A DNA stretch of 64,000 bases from Mytilus californianus. Taxonomy: Eukaryota. Positions within the stretch are counted from its first letter, which is position 1, and each line of letters starts with the position of its first letter. The stretch lies in assembly GCF_021869535.1 (NCBI RefSeq), contig NW_026262581.1, positions 17,608,001 through 17,672,000 on the forward strand, read 5' to 3'. Positions 24,801 to 39,700 of the stretch are shown here, piece after piece. Made by a program: the position numbers and the translations under genes. The notes below the pieces were generated by a model, which was given only the letters and a program-made list of their open reading frames with translations, was not told where the DNA came from and made no database searches.

Positions 24801-27752
24801 TTAAGAAGGATATCCTATTCAAAGATTATTTGGAGGGAGGTTTGAAAATGCTTGATTTGAATATGTTCATTACAGCCCTTAAATCAACATGGATTAGAAG
24901 GATTTTGCAGAGAGATAGTAAATGGTAAAATATTTTCATGTCAAAAAAAAGTATTATCTGTATATTATTCACATACTGGATTTTAATGAAATATTTGCCA
25001 CTGGACAATTAGCAGTCTACTATAGGTCAATAGATTAATTGTATCTTGAAAAACATTAAGGAAGGAGGTAGGGTGCATTGTGTTATTTGTTGTTTACTAA
25101 TAAAAACTAGGACTGAAAATTTACAATTGCACTAAAATTGATAAAAATACAATATCCACAAAGTACAACATATTTGTTTTGAATTAACTTTATAAATTTT
25201 TTTTTTTGAATATTTCTGTTCATAGTGAGAATGCCGATGCATCTGGAGCCACAGGTCAAAGGTTGAAAGAGGGTGGAAACATAAACAAATCACTGGTTAC
25301 CTTGGGAACAGTCATTTCACTTCTTGGTATGTATTTTAAAAATCAAGTAAGTTTGCTGAAGTGAAATATTGAAATAAAGCTGATGAACAATCGTTACCTT
25401 ACATGGTATTAGTCAATTGTTTACATAAACTGTAAAACAAAAAAAAACAAGTCATGTGACATTCATTTCATAACTTTCTGAATGGTTAAATTTTACATTC
25501 AAGTTCTTTCTCAAGCACAATTATGTTGTGAGGTATTTGGATTGAGCCAATGGTGTATATCAGTTTAATTTCATCAATGCAGTCTTGATTACTTTTAAAA
25601 ATTTCAAACCTTTTTATATTTAAATTAAATTTTACTTCCATGATATTTCATATATTAAATTAAAATGAATCTGATGAGTTGCAATAGAATTTGTAAAAGG
25701 TAAGGTGTGTCTGATCCAAAATAAAAAAAGGGTTTAAAACAGAGTTAAATTAAAGAATGAACAAATAGGGTAGATAACTCTTATGAACAGATGATATTCA
25801 AATTAATGAAATCTTAAATATATGTATAATAATACAGCTGACAGTGATTTGTTTCCAGGAATTCTATTTGTCTTACCATTTATGGAAAAGGTGATGATTT
25901 ATATAACAAACAGCTTTTATATTTATTTATCTTTTTCGACGCTTTGACTTATCAACAGAAAATTTTGAAGAAACTTTTCAATAACTAGTATTGCTCTGCA
26001 CTCTCCAGCTTAAAAATGTTTAAAAGAATTTTCTAATCCAATGCTAAGTCACTGCCTCAAATATTTGAATTATAAGTTGTTATTCCAAATTTCATACTTT
26101 TAAACTGAATTTATATTCAGTAATTTCCACCAATGATGCACTTCTTGTACATTTTCTGCTGTCTATAAATATCTGTGCATGGTACGTAAAACCTCAACCA
26201 AAATGGTTCATTAATAACATTAAGTTTTCATGCAAATTCAAGTGATAAATTGTGCATCAAGTATTTTAGATAAGATGCAAAACTGACTCAAATATATAAT
26301 CTGTAATAAAACAATCATTATTGTGCAGATCAGTAAAATAAAATAATATATAACTTCTTACTAATATCTAACTTTATTATCACTGTAACTTTTTCTTAAA
26401 TGCCGAAAATGAATTGTTTCTTTTACTTTGTAGCTAAGAATTGTAGTTTGAAAGAAGGAAAACAAGTGTTTATTCCGTACAGAGATTCTAAGATTACCTG
26501 GTTACTGAAGGATAGTATCGGTGGTAATGCCAGGACCATTATGATAGCTAGTAAGGACGGCTTTACTCTCAAGTCATTTTTGTGTTGGCTTAGAGCATGT
26601 ATATTTATAATGGCCCTGCATTATTTTCACTCTGTCTGTCTGGCTGTCAACAATTTTTGTAAACACAAAAACTTGAAAAGTATAGATAGCAGGCCAATGA
26701 AATTTTGCACAGTTTTTGCTATAATATGTGGATGTGCATATTATACTTTGGTGAAATTTGGCACATTAATTTGGGAAATAAATTTAGTTTTTGTTTAAAA
26801 ATCACAAATCTTATCATAACTTTTGTCCTTTCTCTGCTAGGACTACAATGAAAATTGTATAAATAGGTATAATATACTATTCCAAATTGATTCCATGTAT
26901 AAAATTTGCATTTAAAACTTGTTTTGGGTCAAAATAAAATGGAATTCTTATCTGTCAGGCATCTTTTTTTCAAATTGGTGCCAAAGTATATAAATTCAAG
27001 GTTGCATTGCTTTGTTTGCATCAGTGTATATTATTTGCTTCTGTGCCTCACACAAATATACCAGTAGGGCCCTTTCTGACATGTCAGTTTTCTAGTTCTT
27101 GTTTTGTTTTTAGTTAACTGCTTCTGTAGTGTTTTTTTATACAAAGTGTGACATCTTCTTTTATCAGTGGAAATTAATTTTAGTCAAATTACAGTAGGAG
27201 TGATAGTTCTTGAAGTTTTTTTATATCATTTTCAATATTTCATCATAGTTTGAAAGTGAAGACAAAACCACATTGAGTAAAGAAGACAACATCTTTAACT
27301 TTACAAGGCAAAGGCCAATAAGGAAACAACAAATGATCTTAAAAAAATATTCTCTCATTTCAAACTCAATATGCCTTACAGAAATAGTGCTTTAAAAATA
27401 TAGCATATGTAATTAACTTGAATGAAGAAATTCATTAATAGGCTTTGAAATTCCTGTCTTAAAAAGGCACAATAAAGAGATAAAAGGTCTAATTATGGTT
27501 TATGTTAGTGTGGTAAACTCCATTGTCTGTATGGAAAGTATAAATCTCATTAGGAATGGAAAATGGATAGCGAAAAAAAAAAAGAATGTGATGACATGTC
27601 ATAATCACAAATAGTTAAAAAAACTAATTTATTAATTAGAATCCTATTTTTTAGCTATATCTCCAGCAGATGTAAATTATGGTGAAACACTTAGAACCCT
27701 GAGATATGCCAACAGGGCCAAGAATATCATCAACAGACCTACTGTCAATGAG
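12803..27752 (+). CDS. KIF16B: KIF16B motor domain (exons 1-13)
   Basis: VKVAVRVRP; P-loop [14 protein letters not shown] (exon 4); [13 protein letters not shown] and LRVREHP; switch [13 protein letters not shown]; switch II LVDLAGSE; [16 protein letters not shown]; IPYRDS; [22 protein letters not shown]. Confidence 0.97.
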
Positions 27753-30700
27753 GTATTATCTTAGGACTTTTCTTAACACTGGTTTTATTCTAGCAACAGG
27801 TAGTGTCATTATTGTAATTGTTGTGAGGTAAAAATAATATGTAATACATTTTTAAATGCTTCAGACTTTGAAATTTTGATATCATCAAATATCAAGTGTT
27901 TGACTTTTGCTTATCTATTTATGCTTCATGAAGGTCCTTTGTATGATGCATTTGTGTAAGATAAGATTTACTGATTATGCTCAGAATTGAAAAGTGTTTC
28001 ATCATTTCTTTGAAATTTTTTTAGGATCCAAATGTGAAATTAATCAGAGACTTAAGAGCTGAGATATCAAGATTGAAAGCACTACTTGGTGGAAGTTTGG
28101 TAAGTTGTTTCTCATGCAGAAGTTGTTATTATTTGTGTTAAATAATTTTAACAAAAAAAATGATGTAGTTTCTCAAATAAACATTATGATTTTTATAAAG
28201 TTTTCCATTTGAAAATTGACAAAACTTTGTTGTTAATCAATTCTTATAAGTGTACTTCAGCACAGGTTTACTGCATAAGATTTGTTTGCCTGATTGATTT
28301 TTGAATGAATTTTGGTAAAATCTCATACATGGACAGTTGCATATGAAAATGTATGCCACAACAAGCATTACTCCTGAAAAGTTGATTAGAAATGTGCTAA
28401 GCAATCTATGACAAATTTGTTCACACTTTTGAAATTTATGTTGAACAGTTCTAATTAATTATCCATTTTTTACTAGCTCTAAAACATTTTGCATCTTTCA
28501 TTTACAGGATAATATTGTGACACCTAAAGTTCAAGAAAAACTTCATGAGAATGAAGCGAGGGTAAGCAATAACTTTTAAAAGCAGATTCAAAAATAAATA
28601 TTCACCATCTTCTTATTCATCTCAGTCGTTTTATTGCAAACCAAATGAAACTTTTTCACTATTGTTCAATCTATTTAACTTTTGTCAGTTCTATTGTCCT
28701 ATTCAATAAATACAATCTAAAGCTATTGTTCTCTGTGTAGTTTATTCACTGGGACCTTTAAATTTCTTCTAAGAGAAATCTATCACTCATTGATTAATTT
28801 ACCTCAGTAAAAACATCATCTTCTAAATAGATGAAAATACATGTTTTAACTAAAAAAAATGCATGTGATGTTGTATTTATTCAATATCAAAAACATATTT
28901 TCAATCTGTTCAATATAAACACTGATTTAATCATATTTTCTACTTAATGTACTTTATGATAGATAGAGGGATTTTAAACCATTTTTAAAAACTGCTTAGA
29001 ATATAGACAGGCATCACAACTTAATTAAATTTAATTAGCTAGCTGACAGAGGACTCAGTGTCTCATTGAGTAGTTATATCATAAAACAGGACAGTGTCAT
29101 TTTCTTAAAGACCAGAGGTTAATTAACAGAGTGTGTTAACTACCTATGCTATATTTTTGTCAATCCTGTAAGCTGTTGCAATTGCAAAACATGCACATTT
29201 TGGTCAATGATATCGTAAGTTTGTTTGCATAGAAGCTTTTATCAAAAAAGACAAAAGGCATTAATTTTACAAGGATGATGGCAAAACTCTTTTAAAGTTG
29301 ACAGATGTAAATACTCATAGGATGATTAAAAAAAGGTCCTGTATGATTTTTCCGTTGAACAGTGTATTTTCATAAAAAGCTGACAAGTTTATATTTGAAG
29401 GGAACATTTTTTAGTTTAATATAGTTGATAATGTTTTTTTCTTACTTCAGGTTAAAGTTCTAACAGAAGAATGGGCTGGCAAATGGAATGAGACAGGAAC
29501 TATTTTAAAGGTAACCTTAGTATAATGTTCTTTTATTTCTTGATGCTAGCCTTGCCATTGTCAGGGTCCTGTAATCTTTCATAAATTAATTAATTCTCAT
29601 CCATGGAACCATATATGCAAAAAAAAAATTGGTGAAATTGAATGAAATATTTGTTTCTACCAGAACAATTCAGTTATTTTTTGAAAATTTCACCTCACAC
29701 ATGATTAAAAAAAAAGTCTTTAAAAAAACTGGAACTTTTATCTCTTTGGCTATCTGAAACAAAAGGTTTCTACATAAAAGCTTCTGTTGTTTAATAATTA
29801 CCATATTTTTTTGCTACAATTATCTACTGATCATTAAGGCATGATGTTAATAAATAAGATAAAGAGTTGAAACTTGGATTTTTAGCAACACCATATAAGA
29901 AAAATCTATGGATTTGAAATTGGAGATTTGATGATTTTTAGTCAAATTTAAGAATGTTTTCTACGATTTTATGTGCTTTCTATACAAATGTTCACCTATT
30001 TTTAAAGAATTTAGTCAGCAATATTTTTTTAAAAAATTTAAAGAGATTAAAGCATTATTTCCTTGATTTTCAGTTATAGTTCAAGGAGCCAAAGTTGTTT
30101 CCAAATTTTTTTCAAAATCAGTCATATAGCCCATTTACTGTAACCTGACTTTAAACACTATATTTGATGCACATATTCTAAATTAAAGAAATTTTGGGGG
30201 GGATAATTTTTGAGTCAGTCAATCTGACTATGCATATCCCTTTTAGTTCTGGAAAAGAGAGCTTCTAATACCTGCTTTAAATAAAACTATTGTAAAGAAA
30301 TTGTTGACAACAAAATGTCCGTGTATGAATATGCTGCTTTTTGTGATAAGGTAAGATTAGCTAACACCCAGCGTTGGCAGTGCTTTGATATCTTATAGGT
30401 AGATGTACATGCTAATTTAAATAGGTTGACATGTATTGCTCTACGGAAGAAAGTTTGGATATTGTGTTTGATCCCTTATTTCTACATATGAATCAGTATT
30501 AATGATATAATGTATTTAATTATCTAGAATGATATGTTTGCTGTACGTAAGGAAGGTCTTGGTGTTGTGTTAGATTTCCAGCTCCCACATCTGATTGGTA
30601 TAGATGATGATATTTGTAGCACTGGTATTATGTTATACCATATTAAGGTTTGTATACAAAAATACTGTCTACCACTTCTTGTATCATATTTCATATTTGC

Positions 30701-33700
30701 AAAATATTTTTATGCCCCCGCCGTAGTGGAGGGGGCATTAAATTTTACCCTTGTCCGTCTGTGCGTCTGTACATCCCAGAAGAGGTTTCTGTTCTCTAAC
30801 TTTAGTTTGCCACAACCAAATGTTATGAAACTCATGCATAATGCTTATTACCACAAAACACAGATCAAGAATAAATTTTGATGGCGTCACTTTTACCGTT
30901 CTAGAGTTATGCCCCTGTACAAATGTAAAATTTGCTGAATTTTTCGTTTCCATTCTCTCACTTTAGTTTGCCTCAACCAAATGTTATGAATCTTATACAC
31001 AATGCTTATTACCACAAAACACAGTTCAAGTTTGAATTTTGGTGGCGTCACTTTTACTGGTCTAGAGTTATGCCCCTTTACAAATGGAGAAATTGCTGAA
31101 TTTTCCGTTTCCGTTCTCTCACTTTAGTTTGCCTCAACCAAATGTTATGAAACTTATGCACAACGCTTATTACCACAAAACACAGATCAAGTGTGAATTT
31201 TGGTGGCGTCACTTCTACTGTTCTAGAGTTATGCCCCTTTACAAATGAAAAAATGCTGAATTTTTCGTTTCCGTTCTCTTTCTTAAGTTTGCCTCAACCA
31301 AATGTTATGCAACTTATACACAATGCTTATTACCAAAAAACTCAGATCAAGTACAAATTTTGGTAGCGTCACTTTTACCGTTCTAGAGTTATGTCCCTTT
31401 ATAACATTATATGCAAGCAGGGGCATCATCTGTGTCCCATTGACACATTCCCCATTTATTTTCTAATGCATATTTTTGTTCTCTCCAGTGATTGAACCTC
31501 AATGCGCCATTTGAGGTAATATTTCAGCTGTCGAGCAAGTTTATAAAAAATTCGCGAATCAACAGGTTGATATTTTGATTAATGAAAAAAATGCAATAAG
31601 ATGAACCTCACAACAATTAAAACTTGCATTTATACCTTCAGTAGTATTATTTTTCCACAACATTAATGGCATTACAGTAAAAATAACAATTGCGGATATA
31701 TATTGTCATGTTTCAGGAAGGGAAGACTACAGTAGGTAGACCAGATGCTGATGTTACACCTGATATAGGTATGGGTATTCACATTAATTTATAAATTGTT
31801 CACCAGTCACTTTATATTATCCCAGGAACTCATTATTGTTCAAGGCATAAAATACATTTGTAACATGAAAAATAATGCAGATTGTTAAGACAAAAGTTCA
31901 GAACATCATCAATTCATTCTTTTTGTCAAATGAACTATCCTTATTATTTTGCTTTTCCAATCATAAAAATGTAGGATGCTTAGTTTTTCAACAGTATGGA
32001 AAACGATTTCTTACAGATTATTCATCGTACATTGAAGGAAAAACACACTGTCTATATTTTATAAAGAATATATATATATATAACTCGTCTAAACATCAGC
32101 CCAACAATGTTAGATCTGTTAATTTGCTTTTGCATGTACACAGCCATGTATCACCATCATTGCTGGTGATCCGATGGATAAATCTGTTGTAGAGTTGTCA
32201 CTGGTTCAGACATACTTATATATATATAAAATATATAAATATACATTAAAATATACTTTTTCACTATTTTGGTCTTTTGGAAAATGTTGTTTGTGCTGTA
32301 TTTAGACCCCTTTACCAAGAAATTTGTTTTACATGCACACGTTTAAAATTTCGATTTTTATCCAACGCAATCATAGGTTTGAACGTTGTTTTCAATTTAG
32401 ATTTGTTTATATATATATATATATAATATTTGTTACTAATTTCAGTGTGCATTCAGCATGTTTAAAAAAAAAATTATTAAGAATGCTTGACAAAAGATCA
32501 GGAAGTCAAATGCATCAAACTTTAGGGAGCATTAAAACCAAAAAGGCTTGACGGGTGACTAAATATGACTCAAATGTTCTTCTGTAAGTTTGAAGTAATG
32601 AATTGTATTGTTGTATTGCCATATTTAAAGAAATATTTCAGATATGACATACCTTGTTTTTATAGTACTAGCTGGTATTGAAATAGAAAAGGATCACTGT
32701 GTAATAGAATATGTCAATGGAGATGTCATTCTCTACCCTGGTACTGGTGCCCTGTGTGTTGTTAATGGAGTCACACAAACCAGTCCAACAACACTATCAC
32801 AAGGTATTGTAAAATAGATTGAAAGTGAATTTGCATGGACATCTTGCCTTTCTATCATATTTTCTTTTTCTGTTAACATATTGCATTTTGAATACCCGTG
32901 CTTTAATCTTCAGCAATTGCTTCTTTATGAGTAGTATAATATATATCATGATGACCTTTCCCCTTTAATGCTTTACAGCGACACAATCCCCCAAAAAATA
33001 TATGGAGAGAAATATACAGTCTTAAACAGTAGACAGGTGGCTATACAATATGGCAAGCTCTAAATTGCCCCAATGAGTAAATTAATTAGAAACTTTTGAG
33101 ATCTGCCATCAATACAAAATACTCCAAATAACATAAAAAAGGTAATTACAAAAGATGACATAAGACAATTACTGATGAAGTTTTTGATTTTGGAGGGACA
33201 CATGAATATGTTAGTTTTAAAAATGAATCTTCTGATTTAATCATATATATTTTTTAGAAGTTTAATGTAAAATTATACATTATCTCTTTTATTCAGGGGC
33301 AGTAATATTACTAGGAAGAACTAACATGTTTAGGTTTAACAACCCAGCAGAGGCTGCTAAGATGAAGAAAGATCTTAATAATGTATGTTACCCTTCTATA
33401 TCATATACTGAATAACATTTTTTTGTAACTGGTTGATACAAATTTTTGTTTGTTTATATTTTAATGCTTTCAGATACAAAAATTAATTATTTAATTGTTT
33501 TTTGTAATCAATTACTTATGTGTTCATTTGACTGCTTTTAAATAGGTAGATTGTTATAAGTTCATGTATATTTTTAAGGATATTCGCTCCTGTTTTGAAA
33601 TAACAAAACTTTTAATACACTGTTATAAATTGATAGTAAATAAATGACGGAACTTAAAAAGCAGAAAAAAATGAAAGGTCAGTGTCCTTGTTTTTGAGAT

Positions 33701-36700
33701 ATAATCAATTGAAAAGTTGACGGGAAATGGTTCTATCTAGATTTTTTATACATTTACCATTTGCATCTTTTTTTCTTTCAAAAACTATGAAAAAAATAAC
33801 AAGGATTTCATAAGACTTTCAAAAATGGCTGTTTCAACTAGATGTAATTAAATTATGAGAAGAAAAAGTAGGGGTCAGCTGGCAATATTTTTATTGGCAT
33901 TACATGGATAAAACTAGAGGATTCTGAAAATATCTGACAGAAAGTCAAAAACAAGAGTAGCGAACATCCTTAAGATACATATTATATGACAAAAATCCAT
34001 AAAATATTTTATATAACCCTAAGACTAAAGCTTGAATTTGATAGCTACAATATAAAGGGGAAATACTGTATCTTTTTCAGTGTGGTTTAAGCATGTCACG
34101 GTCATCATTATTGAGCTATTCTATGACGGACCTATATACAGATAGTTTATCTCAATCAGGATACTGGTATGTTTTATGTCTAACATATTTTCATGACTAT
34201 TTTCAGGTTTGAAATTTCTGCCCTTTGGGATTTCCATTGTTTAGTATTTTAACTGCATTTATCATATGTCAGTTGTTATAATTTGAAGATTGGCAGAATT
34301 GTTATTACTAAATGCAATCTGTCTTTTATTGGCATGTGTTTATTTTTTTTGTAATGAGATACTGTGGATTCATTTATTTTCGTGGGTACCAATTTTCGTG
34401 GATTAAGGAAAACTTACATGTTCGTGGATATTTAATTTCGTGGTTTTTGACAATGTCTGCGTACAAACCTATAGTAAATTTGCCATTCATTGAACTTTTA
34501 ATTTCGTGGTTAACATATAACCACGAAATCCACGAAAATTGGTATCCAACGAATAATAATGAATCCACAGTATAGTGTTTAATAATGACAATAAGTCACA
34601 TGATATACATACTTTTTATGCAACTTCCAGAAAGTCAACATGTTAGTTTGCACACAGTGCAACTGGAAATTGAAATAGAGATTAAAGGTCCCCAAGAATG
34701 AACCTAAAGATAGTTTGACTTTTTTATGGAAACAGGAACTTCATTGTCCATTAGAAAGCCAGTCATTAATTTTCAAAATCAAAGTCAGTAGTATTCTGTT
34801 ATTTTATCATACATGAACTCCTGTGATCCTTAAGCCAGGGGATATGGATAACATTTATTGAATGTAATAAATTAATAACTGAATTCATCACATTAATCAG
34901 ATGATTGATACAAATGACATTTTTACTATTTTACTTAATCTCCTCCTTTTATTTAGGTGGGATGACAATGAAAACAAGTTAGAAGAAGAGAGTATAGTAG
35001 ATAATAACAGGTAGATTGTATAGTTCATTAATTTTTCAGATGAATATATCAATTTTCACTTATTATTAGGTCATATGCATTTTATAATAAAGTCAAACTT
35101 GCAATGCCATTTTTTCGAACACTTTGAAAAGAAATGTTGGATCAGATATTACACATTTAAAAACATAAAAGGTTTGCTATAAGTGCAATGAAAAAAAGGT
35201 ATATTTGAAATCTAATATTTGATTTATAAGTTGGTTTTTTTTTATGATGCATGGTAGTTCCACTTTAGTGACACTATGACTTTCATATTATTTGAGTTCA
35301 AAATAGAATTATTCTTATATAGCATGCCATGATTTTTGAATTTATATGGATGTATTTGCTTAAATTTAACATTTCAATGGGTAAGAGAAAAACTTCACAA
35401 ACCCCCAAGACTTATGGCTGCCATGTGTTTGTAATGAGTATAGTGTGAGCCTGATATGATGTCCTATGGACACATATTCTTGTTTTTATTCTACTCATGG
35501 CATGGTTGGAAGATGGGAACATGCAATATCTTTAAATTTCTGAGAAATGAACTTGTATCAAATAAATTTTGTAGAATACATTTAGCTGTAATAAATATGA
35601 TTAACATGTATTGATAGGAATAAGTTAGACGATTTAGAACAAATGTACATAGATTCTGAAAGAGAAAGGGAAGTAATTATAGTTCAGTTAGAGGTGGAAC
35701 TGGAAGAAAAGAGGAAGCAGTTGGATAAAATTGAACAAGACTTTGAACAGGTGAGTTGCTTGAAGTATGCCTTATTAAATAATATGACACTTATATGTGT
35801 TAACTCTTCAACAATTTGAATTTGGACCTTCAAATGTTTTTTTTTTTTAAACTTGGAAAACTTGATGACAAACAGTGTCATTACAGAAAATTAAATTCTC
35901 TAATTTTAGAAAAAAAAATCTTGCAAATTTCTTTTCCTTTCCCCATAAAAATGTCTGTAAAAATTCAAATCAATGTTTTTTTTACACATTATAGAAAACC
36001 TAATGTACCTGAAAAGTTGTTTAAGTTGTTTTATATATTAATGATTGAATTCAATTGAATTCTTTTTATGAATAAAAAAAAACATTTATATTACAATTGC
36101 AAAAATTTCAATAACGTTTTATGAAAAAATAGTGTGTAGCTGAATCTACAGCAAATCTGCCACCTAAAAATCCCTTAGTTTGAGGTATCACCATATAAAA
36201 TAAGGAGATGTGGTATGACTGACTATAATACAACTATCCAACAGAGTCCAAATAATGTAGATGTTAGCAAATATAGGTCAGTGTATTGCCTTTAACAATG
36301 AGCAAAATCCATACTGTAAGTTAACATTCAAGGAATATTCAGTTTTCTGATTATTTGTTTCAAAATGTAACCAATTTGCATCTATCTCTGTTTCATTATT
36401 AAGCAATTGACATTTTCCTATATTATTATATATCTTTTAAGCTTATAATCTCACACTGTTAATAAATTGTACAAAAGTATAATCATTCATAGTATTTATT
36501 TTACAGTTTGTTGTTATGTAGTAAGTATATTATTATTTTATATGATAGTCATACTTATCTTCCGTATAAACTTGTTATTTTCAGCTAAGACAACAGATAG
36601 ATGAACAGCCAAGTAACAGTCACAGGGAAAAGGTTAGTTTTGTTCTTGAAACAGGGTATTTTGAATACTGTGATTAAATTATTTTGGAGGGTACCTTTAA

Positions 36701-39700
36701 AAATTTACGACTTCTTTAAAAGCTTACCAATATTTTTATACCCCCGCTTTAAAAAAGTGGGGGTATACTGTTTTACCTCTGTCTGTCCGTCCATCCATCT
36801 GTCCATCTGTCAGTCCATCAGTCCGTCCTTCCGTCCGATGAATATTTTTCGTCACATCTTTCGCAGGAACTACATTACAAAGATTTCTGAAATTTAGTTT
36901 CAGGGTTTATATGAGTCAGCTATACCATGTGATGCGTTTTCAGATTCATAACTCAACAACTTCCTGTTTACCTTATACTTTTAGTGGGGCGGGGTACCAG
37001 TAGTGAGCAGTAGCTCACAGATTCACTTGTTTTTTTATTTTTTTTATTTCATACATCAGTACAATAAGCAAAACACAATCAATATAAGACCTTGGCTGTA
37101 CAGTGTTTTTTTTATCAATATGACCTATCACCTTTTACATTTGAGAAACATCTTTCAGTTTGTTGTTATAGTCTGCAAGGAATTGGGAAAGATAAAAATT
37201 GTACTTAATATTGTAGATGTTCCAAATTGATGAAGAGCTAAGAGATCTTGAGACAAGAGAGAAAGATATAGATGAGGAAACAAGATTAGCAAAAGAACAA
37301 CTTCAAATGGTAAGAGTTTTTAGATTCTAAAAAGTTAGTGTTCCACAACTTCTTTACATGTGCAACTTACAAGTCGAACAATGTAATTTTGTTGGTCCTC
37401 CTTATAGCAATGTTTCAAATCTCCAGACCGAATAACACAATTTTCTTTTGTATGTGTACAAAATAGGTTAATAAACAGAATTTTTGGCCATTAAGGAGGA
37501 CACAAGTATATATATTTTTTGTCCATGAGGCAGGACACAAGTTTATTTATTTTTTGCCTTATATAACCATCTATGCTTTTATCAGGAAATAGAAGATTTG
37601 CAGCATGATTTTGAGGAAAAGAAGTCAAAGGTAAAAGATGAGGTGAAAGAATTGAACGAAAATCTACAGACCTTAGAAAAAACATACTCAGATAAAGTGA
37701 AACAAATAAAGGATAAAAGAGACACTGTTAAAACAGAACAGCAGCAGGTATGTGTTATTTCAGGAGAATTGTTTACAAAGTTTTTATTGCTGTTTCAGAA
37801 TCTAAAGGATTATGTGTAATTACAGAGTTCGTATCCCAAAATGAAAATAATGGCACACCATTGGTTGAATTTTCATGGTTTACGATGTTGTAAGCCAATC
37901 ACAAGGTTTTTGGTGTATGCTTTTGAAAATACTATCCAGAATATTTTACACAAATTCCTGTAAACCATTACAAATTTGAAGTCAAAATCTAAATTGACGA
38001 AATTGTAATTTGGTTTATAAATTCATATTGGTTTCAGGTTATGAATATTTAAGGTTATAATTTTGACACTGTAGATTTGATGTACAGCTTAAAAATGGTG
38101 TCTTTTACAATTCTCTCTATACATGTATTCTTATTGAAATAAAAAAGAAATATTGAACTAACATTGTCAAATTATTTTGCTTACATAATCCTGTCAGGAT
38201 TGAAAAGTGAGAGAAAATGAGACCCATGGTATTTTCTTTTCATATTCAAAATGCGAACAAAATTCCTACTCATTGTATGATATTTTCATTTCTAGCTTTA
38301 TTATCAAATTGAAACTGAAGAAGAAGAACTTGATGAACTTCAGAATAAGGTTCAGGAAAAAAGGGACTCTCTTGTCCATGATAATCCTCAACTTGCCCAA
38401 CAACTTGAAGAGTTTGATAATGCAGAAAAAGAACTTAAATCAATACAAAAGGAGATAGAACTGACCTATAAAACAAAATGGAATCAAGAATTGGAACATG
38501 TAACACAAGAAAATTTAAAAGTTGAAGAGGCATGGAAAGATATTGAAGAAAATGAAGAAGTTGTTTCACATTTACTCAGCAGGGTGGACAAACTAAATGT
38601 AACAGAGAGAAAAAGTCTCGAAATAAAGCAAGCAAGTATTCAGGAAGCAAAAATATTATTGAAAGATGAAGAAAAAAGACTTTCTGAAAAAGAGAAAAAT
38701 GTTTTAGAACAAGTAGAAAGAGAGATGGAAAAATGGGAAGAGGCAAAAAATACAGAAATGTCTAATTTGCTGAATAAGAGACAAAAAATGATTGAAAGTG
38801 GGGATGTAGAATTGACAAATTTACTTCAAGAAATGTCCGAAAAATCTGATAAAATACATAGTTATGAAAAAACATTGAAAAGCGTCAGAAAAACATTAGA
38901 TGATGCCGATAGTGAGGAAGAAGAAACTAAATCTCAGTTTGAAGTCGCGGGAAAAGAAATAAAAAATGAGTTATCTACTCTTAGTAAAACTCTTTCATGT
39001 TTGGATGAGGAGGAAGATGTTGAAGTGAGTGATATGAAATCCATGTTACAGCAGATTGAAGACTACTGTAATACAGAGATACTTGGCATTCAGAAAGACA
39101 AAGACATGTAAGTTCATTTTATAGAGCAAACAATTCGGTAACAATCTGACTGAGGTAACTGCTGCTGTCTTAAACAAAACATGTGGTGATGAAAAATATA
39201 AAAAAATAAAAATTTATCAGAAACACACTGAATATTTTTGGCATTCCAAATTTTTGGTCTATAGCTTACCTGATGAAGGTTTACCAGAAACTTGTTGTGT
39301 GTAATGAAATCATAACATTTTTTTTTCTTATATATTTAATTTTATCTTAATTCTAGCAGTTTTTCAGCAAGCGGTAAGATGGGAAGGGCCATTTTATCCC
39401 ACTGTATGGATGGCTTTGTTTGCCTAAAAGAAAGTAAAACATCAGTAACTGTTTTATTATTAAAGTGAAAGAATAAAAATTTGCAATTTTTGTGAAATAC
39501 TAAATTGTCATCTTTATAATGCAAGTTTTAAATTTGTTTGATATTGTTTCAAAATGTTTTTTGCCTTTGTAGGATGAATAAGAAACATCAAGATCTTTGT
39601 CAGCTTGACGAAGTAGGAGTATCGGATAATGATCAGAAAATTCAGGTAAGTAAAATTATAAATAATTAAAAATTGTTAGATGTTACCATGTTTTTGCTGA

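Noticed and set aside
34312-34575. Overlapping ORFs on both strands
   Set aside because: They coincide with a quasi-palindromic 209-bp MITE.
17903-39111. Track ORFs 17903, 23352, 23948, 26400, 30534, 37598 and 38491 as separate genes
   Set aside because: Each is a KIF16B exon with intronic read-through.
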